Shown here: piece after piece, positions 1-12,905 of the stretch
Numbering within the stretch: position 1 is the stretch's first letter
Layout of the letters: each line of letters opens with the position of its first letter
Assembly (NCBI GenBank): GCA_002269645.1
Contig: NIVC01001439.1
Location: 1-52,385, forward strand
Direction: 5' to 3'
Source of the DNA: Macrostomum lignano
Taxonomy: Eukaryota
Length of the DNA: 52,385 nt
Notes under the pieces: model-generated
Databases searched by the model: none
Told to the model about the DNA's origin: nothing
The model's input: only the letters and a program-made list of their open reading frames with translations
Made by a program: the position numbers and the translations under genes

Positions 1-140
1 GCCTATATGGCTTTGCAGATTGAAAAGCTGTATGCAATAAAGACAGAGTTCTAATTTCTCGAATTTTGCGAATATATTATGTTGTGATTTTTATTAAGCT
101 TTGGTTAAGGAGGGCCTGTTGAATTCTGGACGCGGGTTGT

Positions 141-2206
141 TCGATAGTGGCACTTTTCTGTGATCAGTGATTTGATAGTGGCACTTTCTGTGATCAGTCA
201 TTCGAAAGTGGCTCTTTTCTGTGATCAGTGATGTGATAGTGGCACTTTTCTGTGATCAGTGATTTGATAGTGGCACTTTTCTGTGATCAGTCATTCGAAA
301 GTGGCTCTTTTCTTGATCAGTGATTTGATAGTGGCACTTTTCTGTGATCAGTCATTCAAAAGTGGCACTTTTCTGTGATCAGTAATTTGATAGTGGCACT
401 TTTCTGTGATCAGTCATTCGAAAGTGGCACTTTTCTGTGATCAGTAATTTGGTAGTGGCACTTTTCTGTAATCAGTGATTTTATAGTGGCACTTTTCTGT
501 GATCAGTAATTTGATAGTGGCACTTTTCTGTGATCAGTGATTTGATAGTGGCACTTTTCTGTAATCAGTGATTTGATAGTGGCCACTTTTCTGTGATCAG
601 TCATTCGATAGTGGCACTTTTTCTGTGATCAGTAATTTTGATAGTGGCACTTTTCTGTGATCAGTCATTCGATAGTGGCACTTTTCTGTGATCAGTGATT
701 TGATAGTGGCACTTTTTCTGTAATCAGTCATTTGATAGTGGCACTTTTCTGTGATCAGTGATTTGAAGTGGCACTTTTCTGTGATCAGTCATTCGATAGT
801 GGCACTTTTCTGTGATCAGTAATTTGATAGTGGCACTTTTCTGTGATCAGTAATTTGATAGTGGCACTTTTCTGTGATCAGTAATTTGATAGTGGCACTT
901 TTCTGTGATCAGTGATTTGATAGTGGCACTTTTCTGTGATCAGTGATTTGATAGTGGCACTTTTCTGTGATCAGTGATTTGATAGTGGCACTTTTCTGTG
1001 ATCAGTAATTTGATAGTGGCACTTTTCTGTGATCAGTAATTTGATAGTGGCACTTTTCTGTGATCAGTGATTTGATAGTGGCACTTTTCTGTGATCAGTG
1101 ATTTGATAGTGGCACTTTTCTGTGATCAGTGATTTGATAGTGGCACTTTCCTGTGATCAGTCATTCAAAAGTGGCACTTTTCTGTGATCAGTAGTTTGAT
1201 AGTGGCACTTTTCTGTGATCAGTGATTTGATAGTGGCACTTTTCTGTGATCAGTAATTTGATAGTGGCACTTTTCTGTGACCAGTGATTTGATAGTGGCA
1301 CTTTTCTGTGATCAGTATTTGATAGTGGCACTTTTCTGTGATCAGTAATTTGATAGTGGCACTTTTCTGTGATCAGTGATTTGATAGTGGCACTTTTCTG
1401 TGATCAGTAATTTGATCGTGACACTTTTCTGTGATCAGTGATTTGATAGTGGCACTTTTCTGTGATCAGTCATTCGATAGTGGCACTTTTCTGTGATCAG
1501 TAATTTGGTAGTGGCACTTTTCTGTAATCAGTGATTTTATAGTGGCACTTTTCTGTGATCAGTAATTTGATAGTGGCACTTTTCTGTGATCAGTGATTTG
1601 ATAGTGGCACTTTTCTGTAATCAGTGATTTGATAGTGGCACTTTTCTGTGATCAGTCATTCGATAGTGGCACTTTTCTGTGATCAGTAATTTGATAGTGG
1701 CACTTTTCTGTGATCAGTAATTTGATAGTGGCACTTTTCTGTGATCAGTGATTTGATAGTGGCACTTTTCTGTAATCAGTCATTTGATAGTGGCACTTTT
1801 CTGTGATCAGTGATTTGAAGTGGCACTTTTCTGTGATCAGTCATTCGATAGTGGCACTTTTCTGTGATCAGTAATTTGATAGTGGCACTTTTCTGTGATC
1901 AGTAATTTGATAGTGGCACTTTTCTGTGATCAGTAATTTGATAGTGGCACTTTTCTGTGATCAGTGATTTGATAGTGGCACTTTTCTGTGATCAGTGATT
2001 TGATAGTGGCACTTTTCTGTGATCAGTGATTTGATAGTGGCACTTTTCTGTGATCAGTAATTTGATAGTGGCACTTTTCTGTGATCAGTAATTTGATAGT
2101 GGCACTTTTCTGTGATCAGTGATTTGATAGTGGCACTTTTCTGTGATCAGTAATTTGATAGTGGCACTTTTCTGTGATCAGTCATTCGATAGTGGCACTA
2201 TCGAAT
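141..2206. repeat. 31-bp tandem minisatellite, about 66 copies (GATAGTGGCACTTTTCTGTGATCAGT[G/A]ATTT)
   Basis: Period of 31 read directly (CTGTGATCA at 841 and 872). Few variants. The array ends in the inverted repeat ATTCGATAGTG-G-CACTATCGAAT at 2184-2206. Confidence 0.97.
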
Positions 2207-2381
2207 TAGGTTTTTTGAGTCATTTGTAGCCTTCAGAAACGATATAAAATTCTAAAAGCAATCTAAAGTTTTATTGGAGCATTTTTTGTCTTCGTCCCCA
2301 AAAGCCAACAGAAAGTACAAGAGACAGAAATCCACCAAGATCGCCTTAGAAGGCAGTTTTTACCAAAGGGGATATTGGATT

Positions 2382-2383
<2 letters not shown>

Positions 2384-2428
<45 letters not shown>

Positions 2429-2429
2429 T
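2384..2429. repeat. (CT)n microsatellite
   Basis: Dinucleotide run with one interruption. Confidence 0.95.
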
Positions 2430-2559
2430 GTAAAATCACATTGCAACTTTGCCCAGATCTTCACCTCTGCACCGGATGTCTTGTGCTGAGTTAATCTGTG
2501 AGCTCCAGGTGACCCCCAGTTGCTGCAAACTGATTGAACTCACCGCTATGTATTTCTCA

Positions 2560-2850
2560 TTCCTAATCTCACTCCCAATCTCACTCCCATTTTCACTCCC
2601 ATTCTCACTCCCATTCTCATTCTCAATTTCACTCCCAATCTCACTCCCATTCTCACTCCCAATCTCACTCCCAATCTCACTCCCATTCTCACTCCCATTC
2701 TCATTCTCAATTTCACTCCCAATCTCACTCCCAATCTCACTCCCAATCTCACTCCCATTCTCACTCCCATTCTCACTCCCAATTTAACTCCCATTCTCAC
2801 TCCCATTATCACTCCCATTCTCACTCCCGTCACTCCCATTCTCACTCCAT
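2560..2850. repeat. 12-bp C-rich minisatellite (CTCACTCCCA[T/A]T)
   Basis: Visible tandem units; explains the LPFS/GVRM ORFs in the track. Confidence 0.9.
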
Positions 2851-3261
2851 TCTCTTAATTTCACTCTCACCTATAATCCATTCACTCTCGTTCTCCACTT
2901 AATTCTCTCTGTTTTTAAGCGGCCCGCCAGCCCGAAGCAATAAACGAATGACTCCCAATCTCACTGCTGGCAAGAGGGTGTGTACCCAGCAATTACACTG
3001 CGGACTATTTGCACTGCAATTCCATCTCAATATTGGACTGACCCAATTGTCGGCCATTGACTGGTAGAAAATATTTAGGGTAAAGCGGTACTCACTTTCA
3101 GGACACCCAGTTTGCACAACTAATATTTAAGTAATTGTATTGGACACTTGGAGCCGGGTTCCGCGCACTTCTGTGTCATCAGCTTTTCTCAATTTATTGT
3201 TTTTTACCACCTTATTTTCTGTGATCTCAGTGCCGTATTCTTTATTTCAGTCTCATTTCCC

Positions 3262-3420
3262 CATCTCAATCCCATCTCAACCAGGTCTCAACCCCATCTC
3301 AACCGAGTCTCAACCCCATCTCAACCCAGTCTCAACCCAGTCTCAACCCAATCTTAACCCCATCTCAACCCAGTCTCAACCCAGTCTCAACCCAGTCTCA
3401 ACCCCATCTCAAAATCTTAT
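3262..3420. repeat. 11-bp minisatellite (TCTCAACCC[AG/CA])
   Basis: Visible tandem units with period 11. Confidence 0.85.
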
Positions 3421-4121
3421 TTCAATCAAATCCCATCTATTTCTCAGTCCCATCTCAAATTCAATCCTTTTGGTGGTATTTTTTCGAGCTGTCCATCTTT
3501 CCAACTCATGTTATATCCATTGTAAGAGTTGAGTCTTGGGTTTATGAATAAAACTGTACTCAATAATCCGCGTAATACACTACTGTCATCAGAGAGTTTG
3601 GATATCCAGCCTCACCGCTAACAAGTCTGCGTTTCGTATAACTGCACTATGAATCTGCTTACAGCCCCATTACAAAAGGGGAAGAATTTCCCCATTAGGA
3701 AACATCTGCACACGAGCAGCATTATAGGCATGCGCGACCATGTGAGATCTATTAAAATTCCAACAATGATGGGAGAATTGACCAGATGCGCGCATATGAT
3801 GCAGGATCCAGATGGAAAGGAGCTGGGGCTGGTCGGGATTGGCACCCATTGACAATGGGTTCCAATTTGGGCACTTGAGAATTGAAGCTGAAACAGACAG
3901 ATGGAGAGGGAATTGAAACAGGATCTTATCAAGGGGATATTTGCTCCCGGGTTCACCTGCAAATCGGTTTTTTTCACGATTGTTATTCGCGGAGGCTGGC
4001 TTGTATGGACAGATGTGGAGCTGCGGAAGTATTGAGGAGATGGCCAGGGTGAGCTTAAGATGGAGAGTGAAAGTGAGAGAGAGAGTGGCGGAGAGAATCA
4101 GAGAGAGAGTGAAAGTGACAG

Positions 4122-4530
4122 AGAGTGAGGGTGAGGGAGAGAGTGAGGGTGAGGGAGAGAGTGAGGGTGAGGGAGAGAGTGAGGGTGAGGGAGAGAATGA
4201 GGGTGAGGGAGAGAGTGACGGTGAGGGAGAGAGTGAGGGTGAGGGAGAGAATGAGGGTGAGGGAGAGAGTGACGGTGAGGGAGAGAATGAGGGTGAGGGA
4301 GAGAGTGAGGGTGAGGGAGAGAGTGAGGGTGAGGGAGAGGGAGAGAGTGAGGGTGAGGGAGAGAATGAGGGTGAGGGAGAGAGTGAGGGTGAGGGAGAGA
4401 GTGAGGGTGAGGGAGAGAGTGAGGGTGAGGGAGAGAGTGACGGTGAGGGAGAGAGTGAGGGTGAGGGAGAGAGTGAGGGTGAGGGAGAGAGTGACGGTGA
4501 GGGAGAGAGTGAGGGTGAGGGAGAGAGTGA
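4122..4530. repeat. 18-bp purine-rich minisatellite (GAGAGTGAGGGTGAGGGA)
   Basis: Tandem units; explains the ESEGEG, SPSLSP and RVRE ORFs. Confidence 0.95.
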
Positions 4531-5535
4531 GGGCAAGGCAGAGAGGAGGGCGCAGAGCTGCAGAGGCCGCCAGTCCGGAAGCGAGCGGGGCAGAGGACAG
4601 AATAGAAAAAGCGCTACAGAAGAGAGCCGTGCTGCCAATTCAGCCGGAGAGACAATGCAAACCTCAGAAAAATGAGAAGTGAAAACCTGTATGCGATGGC
4701 GGAGAGAGCGAACGCGTGCCGATTATAATGCATTTTTGGCTTTGGGAAATTTTAGAATGAAGCTGATGATTTCTCCCTTCGCTGCAGTATGAATGGGGAA
4801 TTTGCGGCTGCTTGAGCAGGAGCAGAAAAAAGCTCGCAGTCATTCGCGTCACGGCGCAGCGGGGGTGGTCGGTTTCGCAAAAAAGCGGTCCCTGCGCCAC
4901 CCCGGACAGACGGGTCGACAGGCAAATAGAAGCATCGGATCCATCCTGCGTCTGCAGGATTTCTCTCCTCAGGCTTCCCCTTTTCCCACCCCGCAGGGAG
5001 GGGCCATGCCGAGATGTTTGCCAGCTCGAAATGCAGGGGGTTTCGGGAGTCTGGGGGATGCCTAGGCTGCCTCCATCAGCTCCGTCTCGGGTCGGCTTGA
5101 GTCACGCTCCCGCTCACACAGGAGAGGTCTGGAGCAAACAGAAATGCCGGGACAGGTTCGACAGGCTGAGCGGGGCTGGGGTGATTTGCTGGCTTCCCGT
5201 GTCATCCCCGATTTCTCTCTGAAAGTCTCTTCTCTGTCTGGCTGACAGATGAGACAGCAAAGTAAGCCACAGCCACACCGGCTGAGTACTTATATTGCTT
5301 TTCTTCTCTACAGCAGAACCAGCAAGCTGCCCCTCAGCTGGTATACTAAACTGAAATTCTTGCTGACAACCGAGACGTCACACTGACAGAGTCGAGAGAG
5401 TGGTGCCGAGGCTTCAATCAAGGAGCTGGATTTCATTCAGCTGTGGGACATGTCAATATAAACAGAGAGACTGGCTGGCTGCTTTCTCGGTTCATGGTTT
5501 TAGCGGCTGTTGCTGGGGTGCAAAGTCTAAGAATT

Positions 5536-8311
5536 CTACCGATGATTGTGACCCTTGCACATTGCAGAGAGTGCTCCTACCGATGTTTGTGACCCTTGCA
5601 CATTGCAGAGAGTGGTCCTACCGATGATTGTGACCCTTGCACATTGCAGAGAGTGCTCCTACCGATGATTGTGACCCTTGCACATTGCAGAGAGTGCTCC
5701 TACCGATGATTGTGACCCTTGCACATTGCAGAGAGTGCTCCTACCGATGATTGTGACCCTTGCACATTACGGAGAGTGCTCCTACCGATGATTGTGACCC
5801 TTGCACATTGCAGAGAGTGCTCCTACCGATGATTGTGACCCTTGCACATTGCAGAGAGTGCTCCTACCGATGATTGTGACCCTTGCACATTGCAGAGAGT
5901 GCTCCTACCGATGATTGTGACCCTTGCACATTGCAGAGAGTGCTCCTACCGATGATTGTGACCCTTGCACATTGCAGAGAGTGCTCCTACCGATGATTGT
6001 GACCCTTGCACATTGCAGAGAGTGCTCCTACCGATGATTGTGACCCTTGCACATTGCAGAGAGTGCTCCTACCGATGATTGTGACCCTTGCACATTGCAG
6101 AGAGTGCTCCTACCGATGATTGTGACCCTTGCACATTGCAGAGAGTGCTCCTACCGATGATTGTGACCCTTGCACATTGCAGAGAGTGCTCCTACCGATG
6201 ATTGTGACCCTTGCACATTGCAGAGAGTGCTCCTACCGATGATTGTGACCCTTGCACATTGCAGAGAGTGCTCCTACCGATGATGTGACCCTTGCACATT
6301 GCAGAGAGTGCTCCTACCGATGATTGTGACCCTTGCACATTGCAGAGAGTGCTCCTACCGATGATTGTGACCCTTGCACATTGCAGAGAGTGCTCCTACC
6401 GATGATTGTGACCCTTGCACATTGCGGAGAGTGCTCCTACCGATGATTGTGACCCTTGCACATTGCAGAGAGTGCTCCTACCGATGATTGTGACCCTTGC
6501 ACATTGCAGAGAGTGCTCCTACCGATGATTGTGACCCTTGCACATTGCAGAGAGTGCTCCTACCGATGATTGTGACCCTTGCACATTGCAGAGAGTGCTC
6601 CTACCGATGATTGTGACCCTTGCACATTGCAGAGAGTGCTCCTACCGATGATTGTGACCCTTGCACATTGCAGAGAGTGCTCCTACCGATGATTGTGACC
6701 CTTGCACATTACGGAGAGTGCTCCTACCGATGATTGTGACCGTTGCACATTGCAGAGAGTGCTCCTACCGATGATTGTGACCCTTGCACATTGCAGAGAG
6801 TGCTCCTACCGATGATTGTGACCCTTGCACATTGCAGAGAGTGCTCCTACCGATGATTGTGACCCTTGCACATTGCAGAGAGTGCTCCTACCGATGATTG
6901 TGACCCTTGCACATTGCAGAGAGTGCTCCTACCGATGATTGTGACCCTTGCACATTGCAGAGAGTGCTCCTACCGATGATTGTGACCCTTGCACATTGCA
7001 GAGAGTGCTCCTACCGATGTTGTGACCCTTGCACATTGCAGAGAGTGCTCCTACCGATGATTGTGACCCTTGCACATTGCAGAGAGTGCTCCTACCGATG
7101 ATTGTGACCCTTGCACATTGCAGAGAGTGCTCCTACCGATGATTGTGACCCTTGCACATTGCAGAGAGTGCTCCTACCGATGAGTGTGACCCTTGCACAT
7201 TACAGAGAGTGCTCCTACCGATGATTGTGACCCTTGCACATTGCAGAGAGTGCTCCTACCGATGATTGTGACCCTTGCACATTGCAGAGAGTGCTCCTAC
7301 CGATGATTGTGACCTTTGCACATTGCAGAGAGTGCTCCTACCGATGATTGTGACCCTTGCACATTGCAGAGAGTGCTCCTACCGATGATTGTGACCCTTG
7401 CACATTGCAGAGAGTGCTCCTACCGATGATTGTGACCCTTGCACATTGCAGAGAGTGCCCTTCCGATGAGTGTGACCCTTGCACATTGCAGAGAGTGCTC
7501 CTACCGATGAGTGTGACCCTTGCACATTGCAGAGAGTGCTCCTACCGATGATTGTGACCCTTGCACATTGCAGAGAGTGCTCCTACCGATGTTTGTGACC
7601 CTTGCACATTGCAGAGAGTGCTCCTACCGATGATTGTGACCCTTGCACATTGCAGAGAGTGCTCCTACCGATGATTGTGACCCTTGCACATTGCAGAGAG
7701 TGCTCCTACCGATGATTGTGACCCTTGCACATTGCAGAGAGTGCTCCTACCGATGGAGTGTGACCCTTGCACATTACAGAGAGTGCTCCTACCGATGATT
7801 GTGACCCTTGCACATTGCAGAGAGTGCTCCTACCGATGATTGTGACCCTTGCACATTGCAGAGAGTGCTCCTACCGATGATTGTGACCTTTGCACATTGC
7901 AGAGAGTGCTCCTACCGATGATTGTGACCCTTGCACATTGCAGAGAGTGCTCCTACCGATGATTGTGACCCTTGCACATTGCAGAGAGTGCTCCTACCGA
8001 TGATTGTGACCCTTGTACATTGCAGAGAGTGCCCTTCCGATGGAGTGTGACCCTTACACATTGCAGAGAGTGCTCCTACCGATGGAGTGTGACCCTTGCA
8101 CATTGCAGAGAGTGCTCCTACCGATGATTGTGACCCTTGCACATTGCAGAGAGTGCTCCTACCGATGATTGTGACCTTTGCACATTGCAGAGAGTGCTCC
8201 TACCGATGATTGTGACCCTTGCACATTGCAGAGAGTGCTCCTACCGATGATTGTGACCCTTGCACATTGCAGAGAGTGCTCCTACCGATGATTGTGACCC
8301 TTGCACATTAC
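5536..8311. repeat. 41-bp tandem minisatellite, about 68 near-identical copies (CTACCGATGATTGTGACCCTTGCACATTGCAGAGAGTGCTC)
   Basis: Period of 41 (ACATTGCAG at 5641 and 5682). Very homogeneous. Confidence 0.98.
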
Positions 8312-8782
8312 GAGCTACGATATTCGACCTTCGACTCAACTCTTCGTTAAATGAATCATTACTCAAGTTGCAGGAGCATTTCTACGGTCACACTGCTTAC
8401 CAATGGGCCAAGCAATTTCAGTAAAGGTCACCGAACTCTCATTCTCGCTGACTATATAGCAGCAGTGATGAATGGCCGCGGTCGGGGCTGAGTTCTCAGC
8501 TCCTCTTTGCTGTCGAATTGTCGATCAATCACTGGCCGAATTATTGCTTCCACTGGCTCCACTCTGCATGAGGCCTTTTAGCTCGGCTCGCTTCCCTACC
8601 GCACACTCGCAGTTTCACACACAGTCAGCTCAGGGCCTCATTTTTTTCATTCTTGCCTTTGACCCGCCACAGCTCGCAGTCACCAGCGACTCTATCCTCC
8701 TGCTTCTCAACAAGTGACGTTTCTGCTTGCATGTACTGCTGTTCTTGTCATGCTCCTAGATGTCTGCTTGACACCTCCGAAT

Positions 8783-10497
8783 TTCATGGAATCTCATGGA
8801 ATGACGTTGGAGAATCTCATACAGCTTCGGGGGAATCTCATTAAATGTTGTTAGAAAATCTCATAGAATGATTTTTGGGAAATCTCGTGGCGGTTATTTG
8901 GGGGAATTCCATAAAATGCTTTTGGAAAACTCCCATGTTGGGGAATCTCATGGGTTGTGTTGGGGGAATCTCATGGGGTTGTGTTGGGGAATCTATCTCA
9001 TGGGGTTGTGTGAGGGAATCTCAAGGAATGATGTTGGGGAATCTCATGGGGTTGTGTTGGGGAATCTCAAGGAATGATGTTGGGGAATCTCATGGGGTTG
9101 TGTTGGGGAATCTCATGGGGTTGTGTTGGGAAATCTCATGGGGTTGTGTTGGGAAATCTCATGGGGTTGTGTTGGGGAATCTCATGGGGTTGTGTTGGGG
9201 AATCTCAAGGAATGATGTCGGGGAATCTCATGGAATGATGTCGGGCAATCTCATGGAATGATGTCGGGGAATCTCATGGAATGATGTCGGGGAATCTCAT
9301 GGAATGATGTCGGGGAATCTCATGGAATGATGTCGGGGAATCTCATGGAATGATGTCGGGGAATCTCATGGAATGATGTGGGGGAATCTCATGGGGTTGT
9401 GTTGGGGAATCTCATGGGGTTGTGTTGGGGAATCTCATGGGGTTGTGTTGGGGAATCTCAAGGAATGATGTTGGGGAATCTCATGGGGTTGTGTTGGGGA
9501 ATCTCAAGGAATGATGTTGGGGAATCTCATGGGGTTGTGTTGGGGAATCTCATGGGGTTGTGTTGGGGAATCTCATGGGGTTGTGTTGGGGAATCTCAAG
9601 GAATGATGTTGGGGAATCTCATGGGGTTGTGTTGGGGAATCTCAAGGAATGATGTTGGGGAATCTCATGGGGTTGTGTTGGGGAATCTCATGGGTTGTGT
9701 TGGGGAATCTCAAGGAATGATGTCGGGGAATCTCATGGAATGATGTCGGGGAATCTCATGGAATGATGTCGGGGAATCTCATGGAATGATGTCGGGGAAT
9801 CTCATGGAATGATGTCGGGGAATCTCATGGAATGATGTCGGGGAATCTCATGGAATGATGTGGGGAATCTCATGGGGTTGTGTTGGGGGAATCTCATGGG
9901 GTTGTGTTGGGGAATCTCATGGGGTTGTGTTGGGGAATCTCAGGGAATGATGTTGGGGAATCTCATGGGGTTGTGTTGGGGAATCTCAAGGAATGATGTT
10001 GGGGAATCTCATGGGGTTGTGTTGGGGAATCTCATGGGGTTGTGTTGGGGAATCTCAAGGAATGATGTCGGGGAATCTCATGGAATGATGTCGGGGAATC
10101 TCATGGAATGATGTCGGGGAATCTCATGGAATGATGTCGGGGAATCTCATGGAATGATGTCGGGGAATCTCATGGAATGATGTCGGGGAATCTCATGGAA
10201 TGATGTGGGGGAATCTCATGGGGTTGTGTTGGGGGAATCTCATGGGGTTGTGTTGGGGAATCTCATGGGGTTGTGTTGGGGAATCTCAGGGAATGATGTT
10301 GGGGAATCTCATGGGGTTGTGTTGGGGAATCTCAAGGAATGATGTTGGGGAATCTCATGGGGTTGTGTTGGGGAATCTCATGGGGTTGTGTTGGGGAATC
10401 TCAAGGAATGATGTCGGGGAATCTCATGGAATGATGTCGGGGAATCTCATGGAATGATGTCGGGGAATCTCATGGAATGATGTCGGGGAATCTCATA
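8783..10497. repeat. 23-bp composite minisatellite (core GGGGAATCTCA[T/A]GG followed by GGTTGTGTT or AATGATGT[C/T]) with higher-order blocks
   Basis: Three unit variants arranged in recurring blocks starting near 9378, 9860 and 10200. Confidence 0.95.
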
Positions 10498-10574
10498 GTT
10501 TCTCATGGTCTTTCAAAAAGGGTCCCTCAGAGTTGCAGGCAGACTCCAGGGTCCAGGGCCCGCTCCGCTCTCAC

Positions 10575-10623
10575 CTGATCTGCTATCGCAGTCGGCCGGC
10601 TTCACCTGCATCGGGCGGGTCAT
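10575..10623 (-). CDS. CELF: CELF/Bruno-like RNA-binding protein, coding exon 3 (end of RRM1: MTRPMQVKPADCDSRS)
   Basis: 49-nt exon with TTTTCAG acceptor and GTGAG donor. Matches the CELF3-6 motif MNRPIQVKPADSESR. Phase 0 join with exon 2 is in frame. Confidence 0.9.
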
Positions 10624-10660
10624 CTGAAAATCGGGTTGAGTCGGGTGGGGAAGGAGCTGC

Positions 10661-11245
10661 AATGTGAATCGTGGGAAATGTGAATCATGGGGAATGTGAA
10701 TCATGGGGAATATGAATCATGGGGAATGTGAATCATGGAATGTGAATCATGGGGAATGTGAATCATGGCGAATGTGAATCATGGGGAATGTGAATCATGG
10801 GAATGTGAATCATGGCGAATGTGAATCATGGGGAATGTGAATCATGGGGAATGTGAATCATGGCGAATGTGAATCATGGGGAATGTGAATCATGGGGAAT
10901 ATGAATCATGGGGAACGTGAATCATGGGGAATGTGAATAATGGGGAATGTGAATAATGGGGAACGTGAATCATGGGGAATGTGAATCATGGCGAATGTGA
11001 ATCATGGGGAATGTGAATAATGGGGAATGTGAATAATGGGGAATAGGAATCATGGGGAATGTGAATCATGGGGAATGTGAATCATGGGGAATGTGAATCA
11101 TGGGGAATGTGAATCATGGGAATGTGAATCATGGGAATGTGAATCATGGGAATGTGAATCATGGGGAATGTGAATCATGGAGAATGTGAAGCTTGGGGAA
11201 TGTGAATCATGGGGAATGTGAATCACGGGGAATGAGAATCTTGGA
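10661..11245. repeat. 16-bp minisatellite (CATGGGGAATGTGAAT)
   Basis: Period of 16 (CATGGGG at 11051 and 11067). Confidence 0.93.
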
Positions 11246-11929
11246 GAAATGGGAAGCTTGGAGAATGAGAAGCTTCAGAATTTGACATTTTGCGTTAGTG
11301 CCAAATAGTACAGCGTAAGATTATGGCAGCCGCCGTAGCAACTCACGCCGAGCAGCATCTCCGGAATCTGCGCTGGGCCTCTGCTGCGGTCTAAGTGAAA
11401 CTGATATATTTTTGTCTCTGGCCTCTTCCGAATCAGCGAGAATGGAGAGGGGAGCTGAGGAGCTGCCGTCGGGTTGGAGGCCGAGTCTCGAATTATTTTT
11501 GAGATTGCAGCCGAGCGAGGGGGCGGTGGTTTTCACTGGTTGAGGGTGGAGGAGGATTAATTTTGTTCCCGGGATGCGCGGCAGGCGATACGAGCGACTC
11601 GAGCCCTGCCCTGAGGGGGCGGAGGGGAAGGAGAAGTCAGGATGGGGATGGGGAGTGACGACAGAAGCCGAGGGATCTTGGGCCAGCGCTGATGATGTAG
11701 AGAGTGAGGGAGAAATCGGGGAAGGAAGAGATGAAGGGGAAAGCCGTGATGAGGAGGTGGGTGAGCAGAGGGGATAGATTCCCCTTGCCCTTGCAGAGAT
11801 ATTGCAAGAGCCTCTCTATCAGCGCCCGCCTCGTATCGCCACCCCCGCCATCGCACCTGCGCCCTCGTCGGATTCGTCAGCAAAATCCACAGGATGAATC
11901 TGCGTTGCATCTTCAGTTGCTCTATTCTC

Positions 11930-12905
11930 CATCAGTTTCCTCAGCCTCTCATCTCTGCTCTATCAGCTCTTTCAGTCTCCCATCTCTGCTCCATCAGCTA
12001 CTCTCTCCCAGTCTCCCATCTCTCCTCCATCGGCTTTTTCAGTCTCCCATCTCTGCTCCATCAGCTCTTCTAGTCTCCTATCTCTGCTCCATCAGCTACT
12101 CTCACCCAGTCTCCCATCTCTGCTCCATCAGCTACACCCAGTTTCCCATCTCTGCTCCATCAGCTACACCCATTCTCCCATCTCTGCTCCATCAGCTACT
12201 CTCTCCCAGTCTCCCATCTCTCCTCCATCGGCTTTTTCAGTCTCCCATCTCTGCTCCATCAGCTCTTCTAGTCTCCTATCTCTGCTCCATTAGCTACTCT
12301 CTCCCAGTCTCCCATCTCTGCCCCATCAGCTACTCTCACCCAGTCTCCCATCTCTGCTCCATCAGCTTTTCCAGTCTCTCATCTCTGCTCCATCAGCTAC
12401 TCTCTCCCAGTCTCCCATCTCTGCTCCATCAGCTACTCTCACCCAGTCTCCCATCTCTGCTCCATCAGCTACTCTCTCCCAGTCTCCCATCTCTGCTCCA
12501 TCAGCTACTCTCTCCCAGTCTCCCATCTCTGCTCCATCAGCTACTCTCTCCCAGTCTCCCATCTCTGCTCCATCAGCTACTCTCTCCCAGTCTCCCATCT
12601 CTGCTCCATCAGCTACTCTCTCCCAGTCTCCCATCTCTGCTCCATCAGCTACTCTCTCCCAGTCTCCCATCTCTGCTCCATCAGCTACTCTCTCCCAGTC
12701 TCCCATCTCTGCTCCATCAGCTACTCTCACCCAGTCTCCCATCTCTGCTCCATCAGCTTCTCCAGTCTCCCATCTCTACTCCATCAGCTACACCCATTCT
12801 CCCATCTCTGCTCCATCAGCTACTCTCACCCAGTCTCCCATCTCTGCTCCATCAGCTTTTCCAGTCTCCCATCTCTGCTCCATCAGCTACTCTCACCCAG
12901 TCTCC
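11930..12905. repeat. 36-bp pyrimidine-rich minisatellite (CTCCATCAGCTACTCTCTCCCAGTCTCCCATCTCTG)
   Basis: Perfect central copies with diverged flanks; explains the 425-aa SLLHQLLSPSLP ORF. Confidence 0.95.

Noticed and set aside
3618-3977. Overlapping non-repeat ORFs near 3620-3980 with possible minus-strand acceptors
   Set aside because: No frame gave a recognisable motif, including the missing CELF RRM2, and no consistent exon boundaries could be set.
141-8311. 31-bp and 41-bp arrays (and the 62-bp array at 15914) as CRISPR arrays
   Set aside because: Units are directly adjacent with no unique spacers, there are no cas genes, and the context is eukaryotic introns.
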